A stretch of 64,000 bases of DNA from Camelus dromedarius. Its lineage: Eukaryota. Every line of letters begins with the position of its first letter. Within the stretch, counting starts at the first letter, position 1. The position numbers were made by a program, and so were the translations under genes. The notes beneath the pieces were generated by a model. That model was not told where the DNA came from. It was given only the letters and a program-made list of their open reading frames with translations, and did not search any database. The DNA lies in assembly GCF_036321535.1 (NCBI RefSeq), contig NC_087436.1:104658001-104722000 (forward strand), in the 5' to 3' direction. Positions 25,289 to 38,511 of the stretch are shown one piece after another.

Positions 25289-26259
25289 CTAGTAAAGAGA
25301 TAACTGAGGCTGATCCTGGGGTGGGGCTGCCTTGCACACTCCCTTTGATTTGTACTCCCTTCCCTTCTACTCCACGTCCTGAGGTCCTTCCTCACAAGTG
25401 CTGGTTTGGTGCGACAGTGTGGCTCTGTGCCTCCCTAACTCTGGAAATACCTGCATGTGCAGTCTGAATCCTAGGGACATCCATCTGCTGTGGGCGCCCA
25501 GGCAGTGAGGCTGGTTGGGACCCAGAAGCCCCCTCCTCTAAGGTAAGCTGAGCAGCCCCACCTCCGTCCCCTCTATACAGTCTCCCCGAGAGCAGTGGGA
25601 CGGAAACTTCTGGAGGTCAGGCTGACACCGTCACTCACCTTGAGGTCCTTGCTGGTTCCCCCTTCTCCTTGGTGTGAAGTGACGATGCCTCTTGGATCTG
25701 CCCCCCTCCTCATCCCCAGCCTGGGCTCTTGCCAGTGGCGCCTCACTCTGTTCTCTGGCCATATTCAGCCACTGACAGTTCCCCAAATGCCGCAGGACAC
25801 TCTCACCTCCTTAACTTTGCATGTGCTGAACCCACCACCTGAAATGCTCTTTCTTCCCTTTCTTCCGTTTACCTGGCCACCTCCCTCATCCTTAAGACTC
25901 AACTCTCGGGTAAGTTTTTTAGAGGCATTTTCCCTTGCTTCCATCTCCACCTCTGCTGGGTTCTCACCTTCTTTTCAGTGAAGGCATATTTCTATTGCAG
26001 AAGTTCTCACATGGTGTTACATGGGGTGTGTGTTTGGGTGTGTTTTTGGTTGGTCCCCCCGTTCTCAGTGAGCCCCGGGTGATCGTGTGCACATTGAAAC
26101 CAGAGAAGCACTGTTCTAGCTCTTTGCTCAGGAGACTTGCCAGTCTCTGCCAGGTTTGTTAAGGGTTGTGCCCAACAGGGCATGCAAGTGAAGCCATGTC
26201 TTCTGATTGCAAGCCTGTGAGTGTCTCTAAATTTAGACAAACCTAAGTCCCACCCAATC

Positions 26260-26918
26260 TGAGACAGGAGGGAAGGGGGCAGGGCACAGCCATTCAAGGA
26301 ATGACACAGCAATTAACATCAAAATGGTGGAATATTCAACCCCAGTGGCCTTGAGGATCAAGATGGCGGGAAATTTGACTTCTAGTAGACCTTGAGCTTC
26401 ATTATACACTCATTGTAATATATTAGCATGATAAATAACATGCCCACAGGCGCCATGACGCCCCAAGGCGAACCATAAAAGGTCAAAGAGCGGGCAGTGG
26501 TCCAGTTCCTGGGAATCCCAGCCCCTTCCCCAGGGTAGTTGGAATTCCTCCCACTTGTTGGCTTGTGAAGCTACCAAGCCTATGAAAATTAGCAACACTG
26601 CACCTGGTGGCTGCCTCTCACTTCCTCATCTCTGGAGGTGGCCCATACTCTGTCTATGGAGTGTGTGTCTACTTTTACTTTAACCTGAGCTCCCAACCCC
26701 CCTACCTTGTGGCCTTTCTCTCGCCTTCTGAAACAGCCTACACTTTATGTAGTATGTGTCTCTCTAAATAAGTCTACCTTTACTCAACTGTGGCTCATTC
26801 GTGAATTCTTCCCTGCACGAAGCCAAGGACCCAGACTTGGAGGAACACATCCCAGGGACTCAATGGAGACCTGGGACACAGACCTTTTCTCACCCCACAT
26901 CTGTTTTTTCCTGTATCA
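26260..26918 (+). mobile_element. ERV1 solo LTR, MER41-like, inserted into a MIR
   Basis: TG...CA termini, 4-bp TSD aatc (26256-26259, 26919-26922), MER41-like motifs 'gcgccatgac', 'ctctgtctatggagt', 'gaattcttccctgcacgaagccaagga'; MIR sequence resumes on the right. Confidence 0.88.
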
Positions 26919-27704
26919 AATCTACCACCTGCTACCTATGTGGCTTTGGGCAAGTTGCATGACCTCTCTGAGCTTTAGTTTCTTATCTGTGGGGTGGAGA
27001 TAATTAATGCAAAGAAAATACTTCATGCACAGCACATAGCAAGTACTCAGCAAACGTCAGCTCTGGGTGATTACAAAAGGCTGCAATCATGCACGGATGT
27101 TTAATCTCATCGAAGTAGATATTCAGTTACACACATACTAATTAATTATTATTTAGGCTGTTTGCCAGATGCTGTAAGAGAAAAAGATGGCATTCTTCCT
27201 GAAGAGTTCATACAAGATTTGGGGAATAATGCTTATCAAATGACTCAAATTCATAGAATGAAACCCACTGCAGAAAGTCAGGGCTTTGAGGTTTCAAAGA
27301 AGAAAAACCTCATATCCTGTCAAGTGATTAAGAAAAGCTTTATGAAGCAGTCAGTATTCGAGGGGGCCTTGAAGTCTGGATAGAATTTCACAGGTCTAGG
27401 GGAAGAGAGGGCACTCTTGGCAGAGGAGGGAAAAGAGTTGGAGCAAAGGCATGGGGGGTGATTCATAAAAGAGCAAGTTTCCAGGTGACTTTTCACATAG
27501 ACTAGGTTTGTGAGAGTCTTGGGACATAAGCCTGGAAATAGAGGTTGATGGTAAAATTTATATTTAATCTCAGAGATAAATGAGGGACCCCTGGATGCCC
27601 TTTCTTACCCCACAGATGTCAGTATTTTCCATGCTTCTGAAGTGCAGTTCATCTGGTAGGAGGAATAGGGGCAGATGGTTCCTATTAGTGCTTTCCCGAC
27701 TGCC

Positions 27705-28101
27705 TGTGGTGGATGCTGTTGGTGCCCCATCCAAATCGCCTTGCCTGGGCTGCTGCACCCATCCCCCAGCCGCTGTGAGTGTTGGATGCTGGCAGCTCAC
27801 GGCTGCCCCTTCTCCAGGAATTCTGCTCAGCCCAGAAGGTTAACTCTCCCCTTTTGGGGCAGCCTACTGCCAGTGACTGATTGCAATAGGCTATAACAGG
27901 CCAGTCCCTTGCCTCAACGCAGGACCCCCTCCATGGGGGAACTCACACTCCAGAGCTGCCCATGGGATCAGGCTGACTCCACATCCTCTGCCCTCCCCAG
28001 CCTCCCCCACTCCCTTTCTCTCCTGAGAGTCTCCCTCACTTAATCACATGCACCTGAGTCGCCATCACAACTGTACTTCTAGGGAACCTGACCTTAAGAC
28101 A
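27705..28101 (+). mobile_element. LTR16-like ERVL solo LTR
   Basis: 'tgtggtggatgctgttggtgcccc...ctccagagctgcccatgggatcaggctga...ttctagggaacctgaccttaagaca'. Confidence 0.8.
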
Positions 28102-28449
28102 CCGTCTCCCCCAAGGACAGATTTCTCTCTTTTTTCCTCATACTTTCTTCTGTTGACTTTTGACTCTGGTCCAATCATACAACTTCTTTCCACTTTTCTG
28201 GAATTTAACCAGCCAGTGACTACTGAAAACACCAGTGACACTGTCCTGACACCTGGATGATGGATGGATAGGACCAACAGGCTTCAAAGTGGCCAGAGTG
28301 AATTAGAGAGAAGGGGGTTAATAAGAGCTTGGCTTATAGCACCTGGTCCCTGCTGAGTATACAACCAGGGAAATATGATTTCTTATTTACTTGTGAATCT
28401 TTCAGTTGCAAGTGTCCAATACTCAACCAGTTATGACATAATAATAGTA

Positions 28450-28796
28450 ATGCGGTAGTCAATAGGGAACCTGGCAGGACTTCCCTTCCCTCCCCTTTGA
28501 AGCTGAGTGTGGCCACGTGACTTGGTTTGGTCAATGAAATGTGAGTGGAAGTGACATATACCTCCTCCTGGACAAAAGCCAGTGTATCCTTTTTAAAGTT
28601 GTTTCCCTCTGTCATGGTGACCAGCAACATTATAGTTAGCAGCTGCCCTATCAGTTTGGATTCCTGAGTAACTACAATAAGCACAATGCTTGCTGATCTA
28701 CACTGGATAAGGAATATGTGCAAAATACAAAAATTTGTTGTTTTAAGCCGCTAAGATTTTGGGACTGTTTGTTACTGCAACATACTAACTGATACA
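28450..28796 (+). mobile_element. Old MLT1 LTR
   Basis: 'tggccacgtgacttggtttggtcaatgaaatgtgagtggaagtga...ttgttttaagccgctaagatttt...actgataca'. Confidence 0.75.
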
Positions 28797-28809
28797 AATA
28801 ATTTTTAAA

Positions 28810-29020
28810 AATAGCAACCAATATGCCAGATGCTATTCTAAATGCTTCTTATATGTTAACTCATTTTATCTTCATATCAACCCTATGAGATAGACACTAT
28901 TATTACCTCATTTTATGGTTGAGAATATTGAGGACCAGAGAGGTTAAGTGTCTTGCCCAAGGTCATACAGATAATAAGTGGCAGATTCAAGATTCAAATC
29001 TAGACAACCTGATTCTCAAA
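28810..29020 (-). mobile_element. MIR SINE
   Basis: 'aaccctatgagatag...agagaggttaagtgtcttgcccaaggtcatacag'. Confidence 0.85.
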
Positions 29021-32000
29021 CACTATGTATATCCCACATAAAAGATAATTTAATGCCTCCTGCACTGCAAAGGTACTACTTCAGGCACAGCTGGATCCAG
29101 GTGCTCAAAAGGTCTCAATTGGAATCACTCTCTCTGTTCTGCTTTCTTCTATGTTGGCTTCATCCTCAGATGCTGTTTCAATGAAGAAGCCTCCTCAACT
29201 CTAAGCTTATATTCTGATGCTAAGCAACTACTTAGAAAATAACATTTTCCTCCCCACAAATTCTAGCAAAAGCTCTTTAGAGAACCATTCATTCTCCACT
29301 TCCAGTCACTTGGTGTGGCTTTACCTGAAAAGGGATAAATGAGTGCAGGGCAGGCATATGTGGAATGACAGAGGCCCTGAAGAGCTGAGAACTTCTGTGA
29401 AGCTGCCAAAGAGCCTGAGAATTCAAAAATCTGCAGTTGCTGGAGTCGTAAAAATAAACAACCCCCCCCCCCCAAATGAATACCATTTATATTGTCAAAC
29501 GTTGTCATGGAATTAAAGATGGCAAACCTCCAGACTGGAAATCCTTGGGACTTGTACATGTTATTGGAAGGATTTCTGAGTTTTATTTCCTTTTTCTTCC
29601 CTGCTGAGTTCCTCTTATTCTCCATCCCTCAGCTGGCGCTGCATGCTCACACACAGTTCTGTGCATGGGTATTCTTTCCCCAGACCCCCACAGACACACA
29701 CACAAACACACACATGCACATACACACACACACTTTGCTATTGTCTTCAGAGTAGTAGTAGCAGGAACACTTGATTAAGGGTCAGGAGACCTGGCCTCTG
29801 ATTCGGCTTTGCTCTCTGTGAACTTGGAAATATGAAGACCTAGTTCTGGATCTGATTGTCCATCTATGAAACATGGCCTTAGACCAGATGATTCCAGACA
29901 AACTTCTCTCTTTCACACTGTTCTTGGTTCTAGCTGCCCCCATCTCAACTTCCTCCCTGAAGCACCCCCCCATCCCAGAGCCCTAGGCCCTTCCCTGCCC
30001 TCAGCACAGCTCTGCCTATAGTGTGCCCCCTCCCAGGGGCTCCCAGCGCTCAGCTCGCCCAGGACAGCCGCTCCTCTGCACCCCACTGGCAGCGGCCGTA
30101 GTTCTCAGGACTGCCCTTAAAGAAGGCAACATCTTCCAGCCACTCATCCCTGCCTCCTACCTCAAATGGGATTCATCAAAGGCAAAAACGCAGGAAATTA
30201 TAGAAATATCCCAATAGAACTAATGGTTCATGATGCAGCACAGCACGTTGCATTGCCAAAGAAATACCCGAGGTAGCATCGAGGTCTTACTCTGCACAGC
30301 TCACAGCCTTCGTGGAAGTCTTCAGTGTCTCCGCAAGAGGAAGTGTGGTTCAGAGGGTAAGGGGCATACTTGGATTCCAACAGGGTCACCTCCAGAGTTA
30401 GTCTCCCCCTTAGCTGCTGTGTAACATCTCAACGAGCCTCAGCTCCTTATTGTAAAACAGTGGTGGTAACCGCAGCCCCTGGTTCCCTCGCGGGTCTGGG
30501 AGGGTTAAATAAGATCATGTGTGCCAAGCGCATGCCAGGTGCTGGCCCATTGGAGGCTCTCTGACTGCTGAAGACAATTATTTTCTGCAACAAAAAGCCA
30601 TGTGGAATATTATAGAGCTGTCTGAAAACGAGAAAGTTCTCCATGCATGGCTATGGGACACAGCGCCCAGTGACAACAGCAGGGTGGAGAGCAGCGTGTG
30701 CTGTTTGACAACTTTTGTTTAAAAAAAAAAGGCAGAGAGAGAGAAAATCAGAATTCAGTTCAGACAAATGTAAACAGATGTAAATACACAACACACACAT
30801 ACACACTGTAACTGACTCAGGAATCTACAGTTACGGTGACAGATGGGAGGGGAAAATGAAGTGAATGGGGGGCCAGGGATGGTTTCCCTGCAAGCCTTTG
30901 GATCCATCTTTCAGAAATTTGCCCCATGCAAATACAGAACCTGTTCAAAGGTCGAATTTCACTCTGGGAGAACGCCCACCAGCCTGAGGAAATGTCACCT
31001 TCAGACACCTTGGAAAGTTACTGAGGAGAGACTTAAGGCTCTGCAGGAACCCAGTCTCCGGTGGGAGGGTCCTCCGAGGGAGATGGAGCAGGTCAGTGAG
31101 CTATGAGCCACTGTTTTCGTCATCATCACCAGCAGGAGGATCCGACGGAACGTTGTGTGATGCTTTTACCTTTACACAGTGGTTTCACACATCTGACCTC
31201 ACTGAGTTTTCCAGTCTACAGTGAAGTCAGCCTTCAAGTGTTTATCAGCCCTCTTATTATGTCTTTTTATGGTCTGTAGCGGGCACTGCCCTTGCCCCTC
31301 CCTCAGGCCCTGGGCACTGCCATCCTCGTGGCTTCTTGTTGTAAACACCGGGGGGCCCTCCTGAGGGCTTTCCCTGACCACAGGTGCTAGTGCAGCCTTG
31401 CCAGAAATGTCAAGGAGTTACAGCCCTGGGAGCAGCCGGATGAGACCTGAGTCCGATGGGAGCTGATGGCCTGTCACCCCTTGGGTCGGGCATCTCTGGG
31501 GCCAAGGCTGCAGTCTCCCCAGGGTCCCAGCTGCGCCTCTGTAGTAACCTGCTCCTTCAGGCATCCTGGGGCAGCTCCTTCCCTTCCCTCTCCCTCCTGG
31601 TGTTTCCTGCCATCCCGGAGCAGGTGAATTATGTGCCCTCATGTCTTTGTTTCAAGGTCATTCTCTAGGGGAAGCCAGCCCTCGTCAAAGTCACAGTCCT
31701 AGTGAGTGAGGGAGCCGGGGCCTGACCTGGAGCTTGCTGTCTCCACACCTCTCCTCTGCTTCCTTCAGAAGCTCTCACAGAAAGAAACCTCTCACAAAAG
31801 CCAAGACCAAGAGGGCAAACTTTCTCTTCAAATTCAAGCTGAAAGCTGCCAAGCGGAGCGCAAAGAGCTCCAAGTGTGCCAGTATTCAGAGCAGAGTAAC
31901 CTGGTCTCAATTCCTGAGCGCAAGTATTTAAACAATTGTTCCTCCTGAACAACATTTTAAAAATTAGGGATATAACTCTAAATATTCATCAAGGCTTTCT

Positions 32001-32069
32001 CACAAATTTACTTTTTTTTTTTTTTTAACCTTACCAAGAAATAAAATTGTCACCTGAAGTTTTTCAAAA

Positions 32070-32145
32070 AAAAATTTTTTTTGATGGAGGTACTCACTGG
32101 GGATTGAACCTGGAACCTCGTGCACACTAAGCTATACCCTCCCCC
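32070..32145 (-). mobile_element. Vic-1-like SINE, internally deleted
   Basis: 'tggaggtact...ggggattgaacc...ctaagctataccctcccc'. Confidence 0.8.
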
Positions 32146-32181
32146 TGACTTAAATTTGTTTCTTATGAAGGCTGATCATCT

Positions 32182-32355
32182 CTTTTTTTTTTTTAAAACT
32201 GAAGTACAGTCAATTACAATGTGTCAGTTTCTGGCATACAGTACAATGTCCCAGTCATGCAGATACATACATATATTCGTTTTTGTATTCTTTTTCATTA
32301 AAGGTTATTACAAGATATTGAACATAGCTCCCTGTGCTATACAGAAGAAACTTTT
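32182..32355 (-). mobile_element. Young L1 3' end, severely 5'-truncated
   Basis: Same 3'-terminal sequence as the copies at 22.3, 51.8 and 63.4 kb. Confidence 0.88.
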
Positions 32356-33149
32356 TTTTAAGGAAATTTTGACAGGAGCTAGTGTTTGGGCTGAGACCCT
32401 GCAGGATGCGGAGGGGGGTCCAGCAGGCAGAAGGTTTCGGGCCCCTGGACTGGGCCCAGAGGCCAGGAACACGTCCCTGAGAGGAGGGCTCTGGCCCAAC
32501 TACTGGACCAAGTAGAATAAAGGTGTGAGTGAACAGGCTTGTGCCCCACACTCTCCCTCCCAGACACGGTAACTGAGAAGAAAGGAGTGGCGAATGGGGC
32601 TACTGGCCTGGTTTCTGGGGGTCCAAAGGGCCCTCATGCCCTGGCACCTGCCCTGAGGAGGGCTTTGTCCTGGGGCAGCCTGGAGACAGTGTGAGTCCTT
32701 GCGGCGGGGACTGTCTACAATGGCAGGACACTGGAAACTGTGTTCAAGACCCAGCTCCTCAGGGAAGACACAACCTGGTGACCAGGTCCAGGGGTCCATC
32801 CAGGAACAGGAGGGACCTTTGGGAGGGTGTGCAGTGTGTCTAGCTGGCTTGTGTACTTAAACAAGTTGAATGACAGAGACGCAAGATTTATGAGCTTCGA
32901 ACCCACTGCTCAATTCCAGCTCGTATCACTTGTGTTCCAACAGGTGGGGCTTATGTCTGAGGACATGGTTCCAGCAGGTGGGGACCAGATTTCACGCATC
33001 TTAGAAGGTCTGTTACCCACCATGGTGCCGGCCCACAGGTAGGGCTCAGTCGACGGGTATTGAACAGAATGTATATGGAAGCATTCTATGTTCCAGCATC
33101 TTCTCTGAGAGTGAGTTTGGATCAGGGAAAGGGAAAAGGTTGATTTTTT

Positions 33150-33537
33150 AAAAATTATTATTTTTTTTAATTGAAATAAATTGTGTTAGTTTCTGGTGTA
33201 CAGCATAGTGATTCAGTTATATATATTTTCATATTCTTTTTATTTATAGGCTATTACAAGGTATTGAATATAGTTCCCTGTGCTATACAGTAGGACCTTG
33301 CTGTTGATCTATTTTGTATATAGTAGTTTGTAGCTACTAATCCCAAACTCCTAATATATCCCTCCCCCGCTTACCCTTTGGTAGCCGTAAGTTTGTTTTC
33401 TATGTCTGTGAATCTGTTTCTGTTTTTGTAAATAAGTTCATTTCTGTCATTTCTTTAAGATTCCACATATAAGTGGTATCATATATTTGTCTTTCTCAAT
33501 CTGACTTAACTTCATTTAACATGATCATCTCTAGGTC
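33150..33537 (-). mobile_element. L1 3' end fragment
   Basis: 'gtttctggtgtacagcatagtgattcag...tagttccctgtgctatacagtagg...attccacatataagtg'. Confidence 0.88.
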
Positions 33538-35084
33538 GCTTTTTTTCACTTCAGTCATTACAGATGAGTTGGATTGACTGGTGACCCACAGTGAATGCGT
33601 CTCTGGGTGAAATGCTATGGCTCTGGGTCTCTGACTGCCACCTGGACACCGCAACAGCACCTGCAGGGGGTTCACTGCGGTGGTGACTCCCGGAAGATTC
33701 ATCTCACTCAGCTTATGTGCTACATCCATGCAGAGTCTGGAGGGTCCACACTCAGGCATTGATTTTCCCCGACACTGTCATCTTCTCCTGAGAAACAGGG
33801 GTGCTGCCTTTGTGCCTTTCCCTGTGACACGGCCTTCTGACTGGGTACCCCAAGAGTGCCCAGGATTAGTGTAGAACTTTGACGAAGAGGGAGTGAGGGT
33901 ACTGGAGCCTAATTTTGGAGAAGGTATTGGAGCCTAACTTTTGCTTACAAGGCAATAAGAACAAGAATACTATGAGAAGGTTTTCCCTCTCACCCTTTGC
34001 CCTACACCTCTCTCCCTTGCCCACCTCCATCTATCCCTTAGCTTCTTTGTTTTTCATCTGACAAGTCTGGTTTTCTCCCCTTTAAGTCTCAAAGGTGATG
34101 TTTCATTCCAGGAGCACAGCCTGCTGCCTGGGTTCTGACCTCAGAGTTCACTCTTGCCAGCAGAGAAATAGTAGGCCGGTTACTTAACATGCCAGTGCCT
34201 CAGTGTCGTCATCTGTACACCGTGGATGATGACACTGGGGTCCTCCTGACAGGGCCATTTGAGGATTAAATAAAGAAACAACTGTAAAAGGCTTAGAAAA
34301 CTGCCTGGCATGCTGGACGGGCTGTATAAGGGCTTGTTAATGTTATTCCCGTGGAGCATTTTGTGATGATTAAATTCTGTCCTTGAAAGGATATGCAAGC
34401 TCCTGGGGGTCTGCAGAGAGCATGAAGGTCATCTGGAAACAAGATGGCCTTGCATGGGGACATCAGGAGCCAGTGACTTCATGTTCTAACTTAGATGGAG
34501 TCTTGACCTTGCTGTGTAACCTTGGGCAAATCAGTTAATTTCCCTGAGCCTTAATTCTTTCAACAGCAAAAAAGAGAGAGAGAAGGAAAACAAAGTAAAA
34601 GAATACACTACAGCCTTATTTCACACAACAACTTGGTTAGCAAGGAAGACTGGAGGGTCTAAACACTGTTCGGGGATGTTCGAAGTTGATGCTGGTTGAC
34701 AGTGATTTACCTGTCATCTTTAAAACTCCTGAGTGCCTGGGGTGAACTTGTGGTGAATGAGATAGAGCTGAGCCCTTTCAGGTTGTTTCCAATGAACGTG
34801 AATTAATGTCCGTTAAAAATAGAAACATACGTTCTGGAAATTGTGGTTGATCAACATCTTCCTTATCACTTGTCTGACCACAAGGAAAGGAGACAGCTTA
34901 GCTGAGGCTCAGAACTCATTGGTCTGTGTTTTAACCCTCCCAGCCCTTTGGAATGTCATTTTTGAAAACTAAATTGGGACACAGGGTTAACCAAAGAGTT
35001 ATTTCTCATTTGTGAAGCTATTTAAAAAAGGCATAGAAATCAAGTTACATTTGGATATATACATTATTTCATTGTTGTTTTATT

Positions 35085-36302
35085 TATTTTAAAGACTCAT
35101 TTTCAGAGCAGATTTAGGTTTATGACAAGTTTGAGAGGAAGGTAGAGATTTCCCAGGCCCCCCGTCCCCCACATGCATGGTCTCCCCATTATCAACACGG
35201 CCCACCAGAGTGGTGCATGTGTTACAGCTGATAAACCTGCAATGACACATGATCATCCAAAGTCCAAAGTCCACAGTTCACTTTCAGATTAACTCCTGGT
35301 GGTGTACAATCTACAGGTTTGGACCAACGTATAAAGGTATGTATCCACGATTATAGGATCATACGGAGTTTTTTCACTGCCCTAAAAATCCTCCGTGCTC
35401 TGCCTATTCATGTCTCCCCTCCCACCCCTGGCATTCACTCATCTTTTTACTGTCCCCATAGTTCTGTCTTTTCCAGAATGTCATACAGTTGGAATCATAC
35501 AACATATAGCCTTTTCAGATTGGCTTCTTCACTTACTAATACGCATTTAAGTTTCTTCCATGTCTGTTCGTGGCTTGATAGCTTCTTTCTTTTTAGTGCT
35601 AGATAATATTTCATTGCCTAGATGTACCACCGTTTATTTACTCATTTACCTACTGAGGGCATCTTGGTTGCTTCTAAGTTTTGGCAATTATAAGTAAAGC
35701 TGCTGTAAACACTTGTGTGCAGGTTTTTGTGTAGACATAAGTTTTCAACTCCTTTGGGTCAATACCAAGGAACACAATTGCCAGACTGTATGGTAAGAGT
35801 ATGTTTAGTTTTGTAAGAAACCACCAAATTATCTTGCAAAATGGCTGTACCATTTTGCATCCCCACCAGCAAGGAATGTAAAATCCTGTTGTTCAATATC
35901 CTCATCAGCACTTGGTGTCAGTTCTGGATTTTGGCCATTTTAATAGGTGTATAGTGGTATTCATTGTTGTTTTAATTCGCATTTCTCTGATAATGACCTG
36001 ACATGTTTTCATATGCTTGATTACTGTCTGTACATCTCCTTTGGTGAAGTGTCTGTTAAGGTCTTTAATCCATTTTTTGATTGGGTCATTTGTTTCCTTA
36101 TTGTTGAGTTTTAAGAGTTCCTTATAAATTTTGGATAACAGTCCTTTTCACATGTGCCCTTTGCAAGTGTTTCTCTCTATGACTTGCCTTCTTAGTCAGT
36201 GTCTTTCATTGAGCAGTTTTTAAGTTTAATGAAGTTCAGCTTATCAATGTTTTCTTTCATGGAGTGTCCCTTTGGTGTTGTATCTAAACAGTCATCACCA
36301 CA
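35085..36302 (-). mobile_element. L1MC1/2-like 3' region
   Basis: 'agagcagatttaggttta...tttttcactgccctaaaaatcctccgtgctc...tttagttttgtaagaaa...ttttggataacagtcc'. Confidence 0.9.
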
Positions 36303-36324
36303 CATTTGGTTTTACATATTTTAA

Positions 36325-36460
36325 AAACTATTTATTTATTTGTAAAGGGAGGTAATTAGGTATATTTATTTATTTATTTTTAGTGGAGGTACTGGGGATT
36401 GAACCCAGGACCTCATGAATGCTAAGCATGCACTCTACCACTTAAGTTATACCCTCCCCC
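36325..36460 (-). mobile_element. Vic-1-like SINE, full length
   Basis: 'gggaggtaattagg...tggaggtactggggattgaacccaggacctc...gcactctaccact...ataccctccccc'; TSD beginning ttggtttta on both sides. Confidence 0.92.
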
Positions 36461-36759
36461 TTGGTTTTATATTTTTAAAGGTATTATATTTACAAAAACA
36501 ACAAAAGAAATAGGAAACTGGGGCTGCCCTGGACAATCAAAGATGAAGTGCGGTTGACAGGTGTCTATTGATCTCACCAGCATCCATCGTCACCTCCCAG
36601 GAAACCTGACTTCCATTGGTGGTCCCTGTATCGCCATGGAAATTGACACCACCTGGCGTTAGGAAGAGAACATATGATCTGGCCAATCAGTGGGCACAGG
36701 CCTTGGCCACAGTGTTTGGCGCAGTGTTGGGCAAATGTCCAAAGCCGGTGTAAAGTGAA

Positions 36760-37780
36760 GTTGGGGGCCCTAATTTAGAAACCTGGGGCAAAGACATTCT
36801 CTCTCTTCCCTCAGAGGCAGTATGGCTTATATATATAAGCAGTGGAGTTGCTACAGCCATTTTTGCTACCTGGAAGGTGGCCATCCTCAAAACAATTCAC
36901 ATACAGAAGAGGTCAGTGCTGAGAATATGTTAGAAAACAGAAAGGAGTCCTAATAAGATTCAGATCCTCTGGAACAAGTCGTACCTGAACACTGTTCTCA
37001 GTCTGGGCTTTTGGGTTACATGAGCCAATAAATTTCCTCTATCAGTTGGGGTCTAGTCAGGAAAAGAGAAACCACACTAGATATTTCAAAACACAGAAAC
37101 GTAATAAAAGAATTTCTTACACAAGTGAGATCAAAAAAGAGGATGCTGAGGAAACTCATAGATTAATAGCTCCTGAAGTCAGCAGAAAAATGGGGAGAGA
37201 GTGGTTACCAGAGCTTAGGACCTTGGAAGGGGGTCTCATGAGACTGGAATTTTGTTCCTGGGGGATAGGAGCTATGTTGTTTGCATTCAGACCCTTGAAT
37301 TTCTCAGACCCCTGAGGAGAGGGAGAGGTTTGATAGGTGCTCATATTCCCAAGGAGGTACCAGGGATTGCTCTGATGCCCCAGAGCACATGGCCCAGTGG
37401 GTGAGGAAGCCCCTCCCAAGGGCCATGGTGAATGAGAGGCCCCAGTCCCTCTTCAGGATGTGGTGAGGAGGGTCTGGGAGTGCCAAAAGCAGCTAGGAAG
37501 TGGAGTTCCACTGTCTACTCCAACTACAGGGACACTACCAGGAACTGAAAGACAGAAATGAAGTCCTTCTCCTTTTCTCCTGCCTCCCAATATCCCTCTA
37601 GTGCCTCCTATTGGCAGAAACTTGCAGAGAGTCAGCTGTCCCCAGAGTCTATGAAACATAAATTGTCAGGTACCATTTCAGCATCACAGAGGAAAAGGGG
37701 GAGCTGAGTGATGAGAGAAAGGTAAAAAGCAGGCGTGATGGTGTGGCCAACTCAAATTGGGCTTTCTGTTACTTGCATCC
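36760..37780. mobile_element. MLT1 LTR interrupted by a second old LTR (about 37040-37720)
   Basis: MLT1 'catgagccaataaatttcct' resumes at 'attgggctttctgttacttgca' after an LTR-like insert starting 'tcagttggggtctagtcaggaaaagagaaaccacactag'. Confidence 0.6.
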
Positions 37781-38410
37781 TATTGATCAACCTGATTAGC
37801 ATAATTACCCTAATTGTAGCCTTATCCCATTTTTCCTTGGGTTATAATCTGAAAATCATTTTGGTAATCCTAAATTTGATTGTTTACTTATAAATCCTCT
37901 GTTGATTGTTGAGGTGTTCTTGTCCATTCTCTTTCATGAGAAGACCAAGCATGGGGAAGTCAGATATCAAGTTCAGGCCAAGCTGCCCACCTCCCTTTCA
38001 AAAAGCTCCTGGGGGATGGAAACTTTGGGATTCACGGCAAGAAGAAAACCTGAGGCTTCTTTTTGGGATGGGAATTGGACTAGGATGTTTTTGCCTATAA
38101 GAAACAGAAACCCTGCCTCAAATGACTTAACCATAATAAAATACATCATCTCACATAACTGGAACTCCATGGGTAGGCGGTCTTCCGTTTATGCGGTATT
38201 GTTACAGCCCACATTCCTGTGTACTTGATACTCACACCGCTCAGAAAGTTAATTCATCTGTTCAACTATATCATCAAGGACACAGGTTCTTTTTATCTTT
38301 TCTGTCTTGATCCTCAGCTTGGTCCCTTGGATAACACCCCAGCGTGGTTACAATGGCTGCCTCAGTTCCAACCATGATATCCTGATAATGTCCAGTAGAA
38401 CAGCACCATC

Positions 38411-38511
38411 TTTTTTTTTTTTTTTAATAGAGGTACTGGGGGTTGAACCCAGGATCTTGTGCACACTAAGCATGAGCTCTGCTACTGAGCTATACCCCAC
38501 CTCCACCCCCA
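38411..38511 (-). mobile_element. Vic-1-like SINE inside an MLT1 LTR (about 38080-38680)
   Basis: 'gaggtactgggggttgaacccagg...ctgagctatacccc'; TSD agcaccatc 38402-38410 / 38512-38520. Confidence 0.9.
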
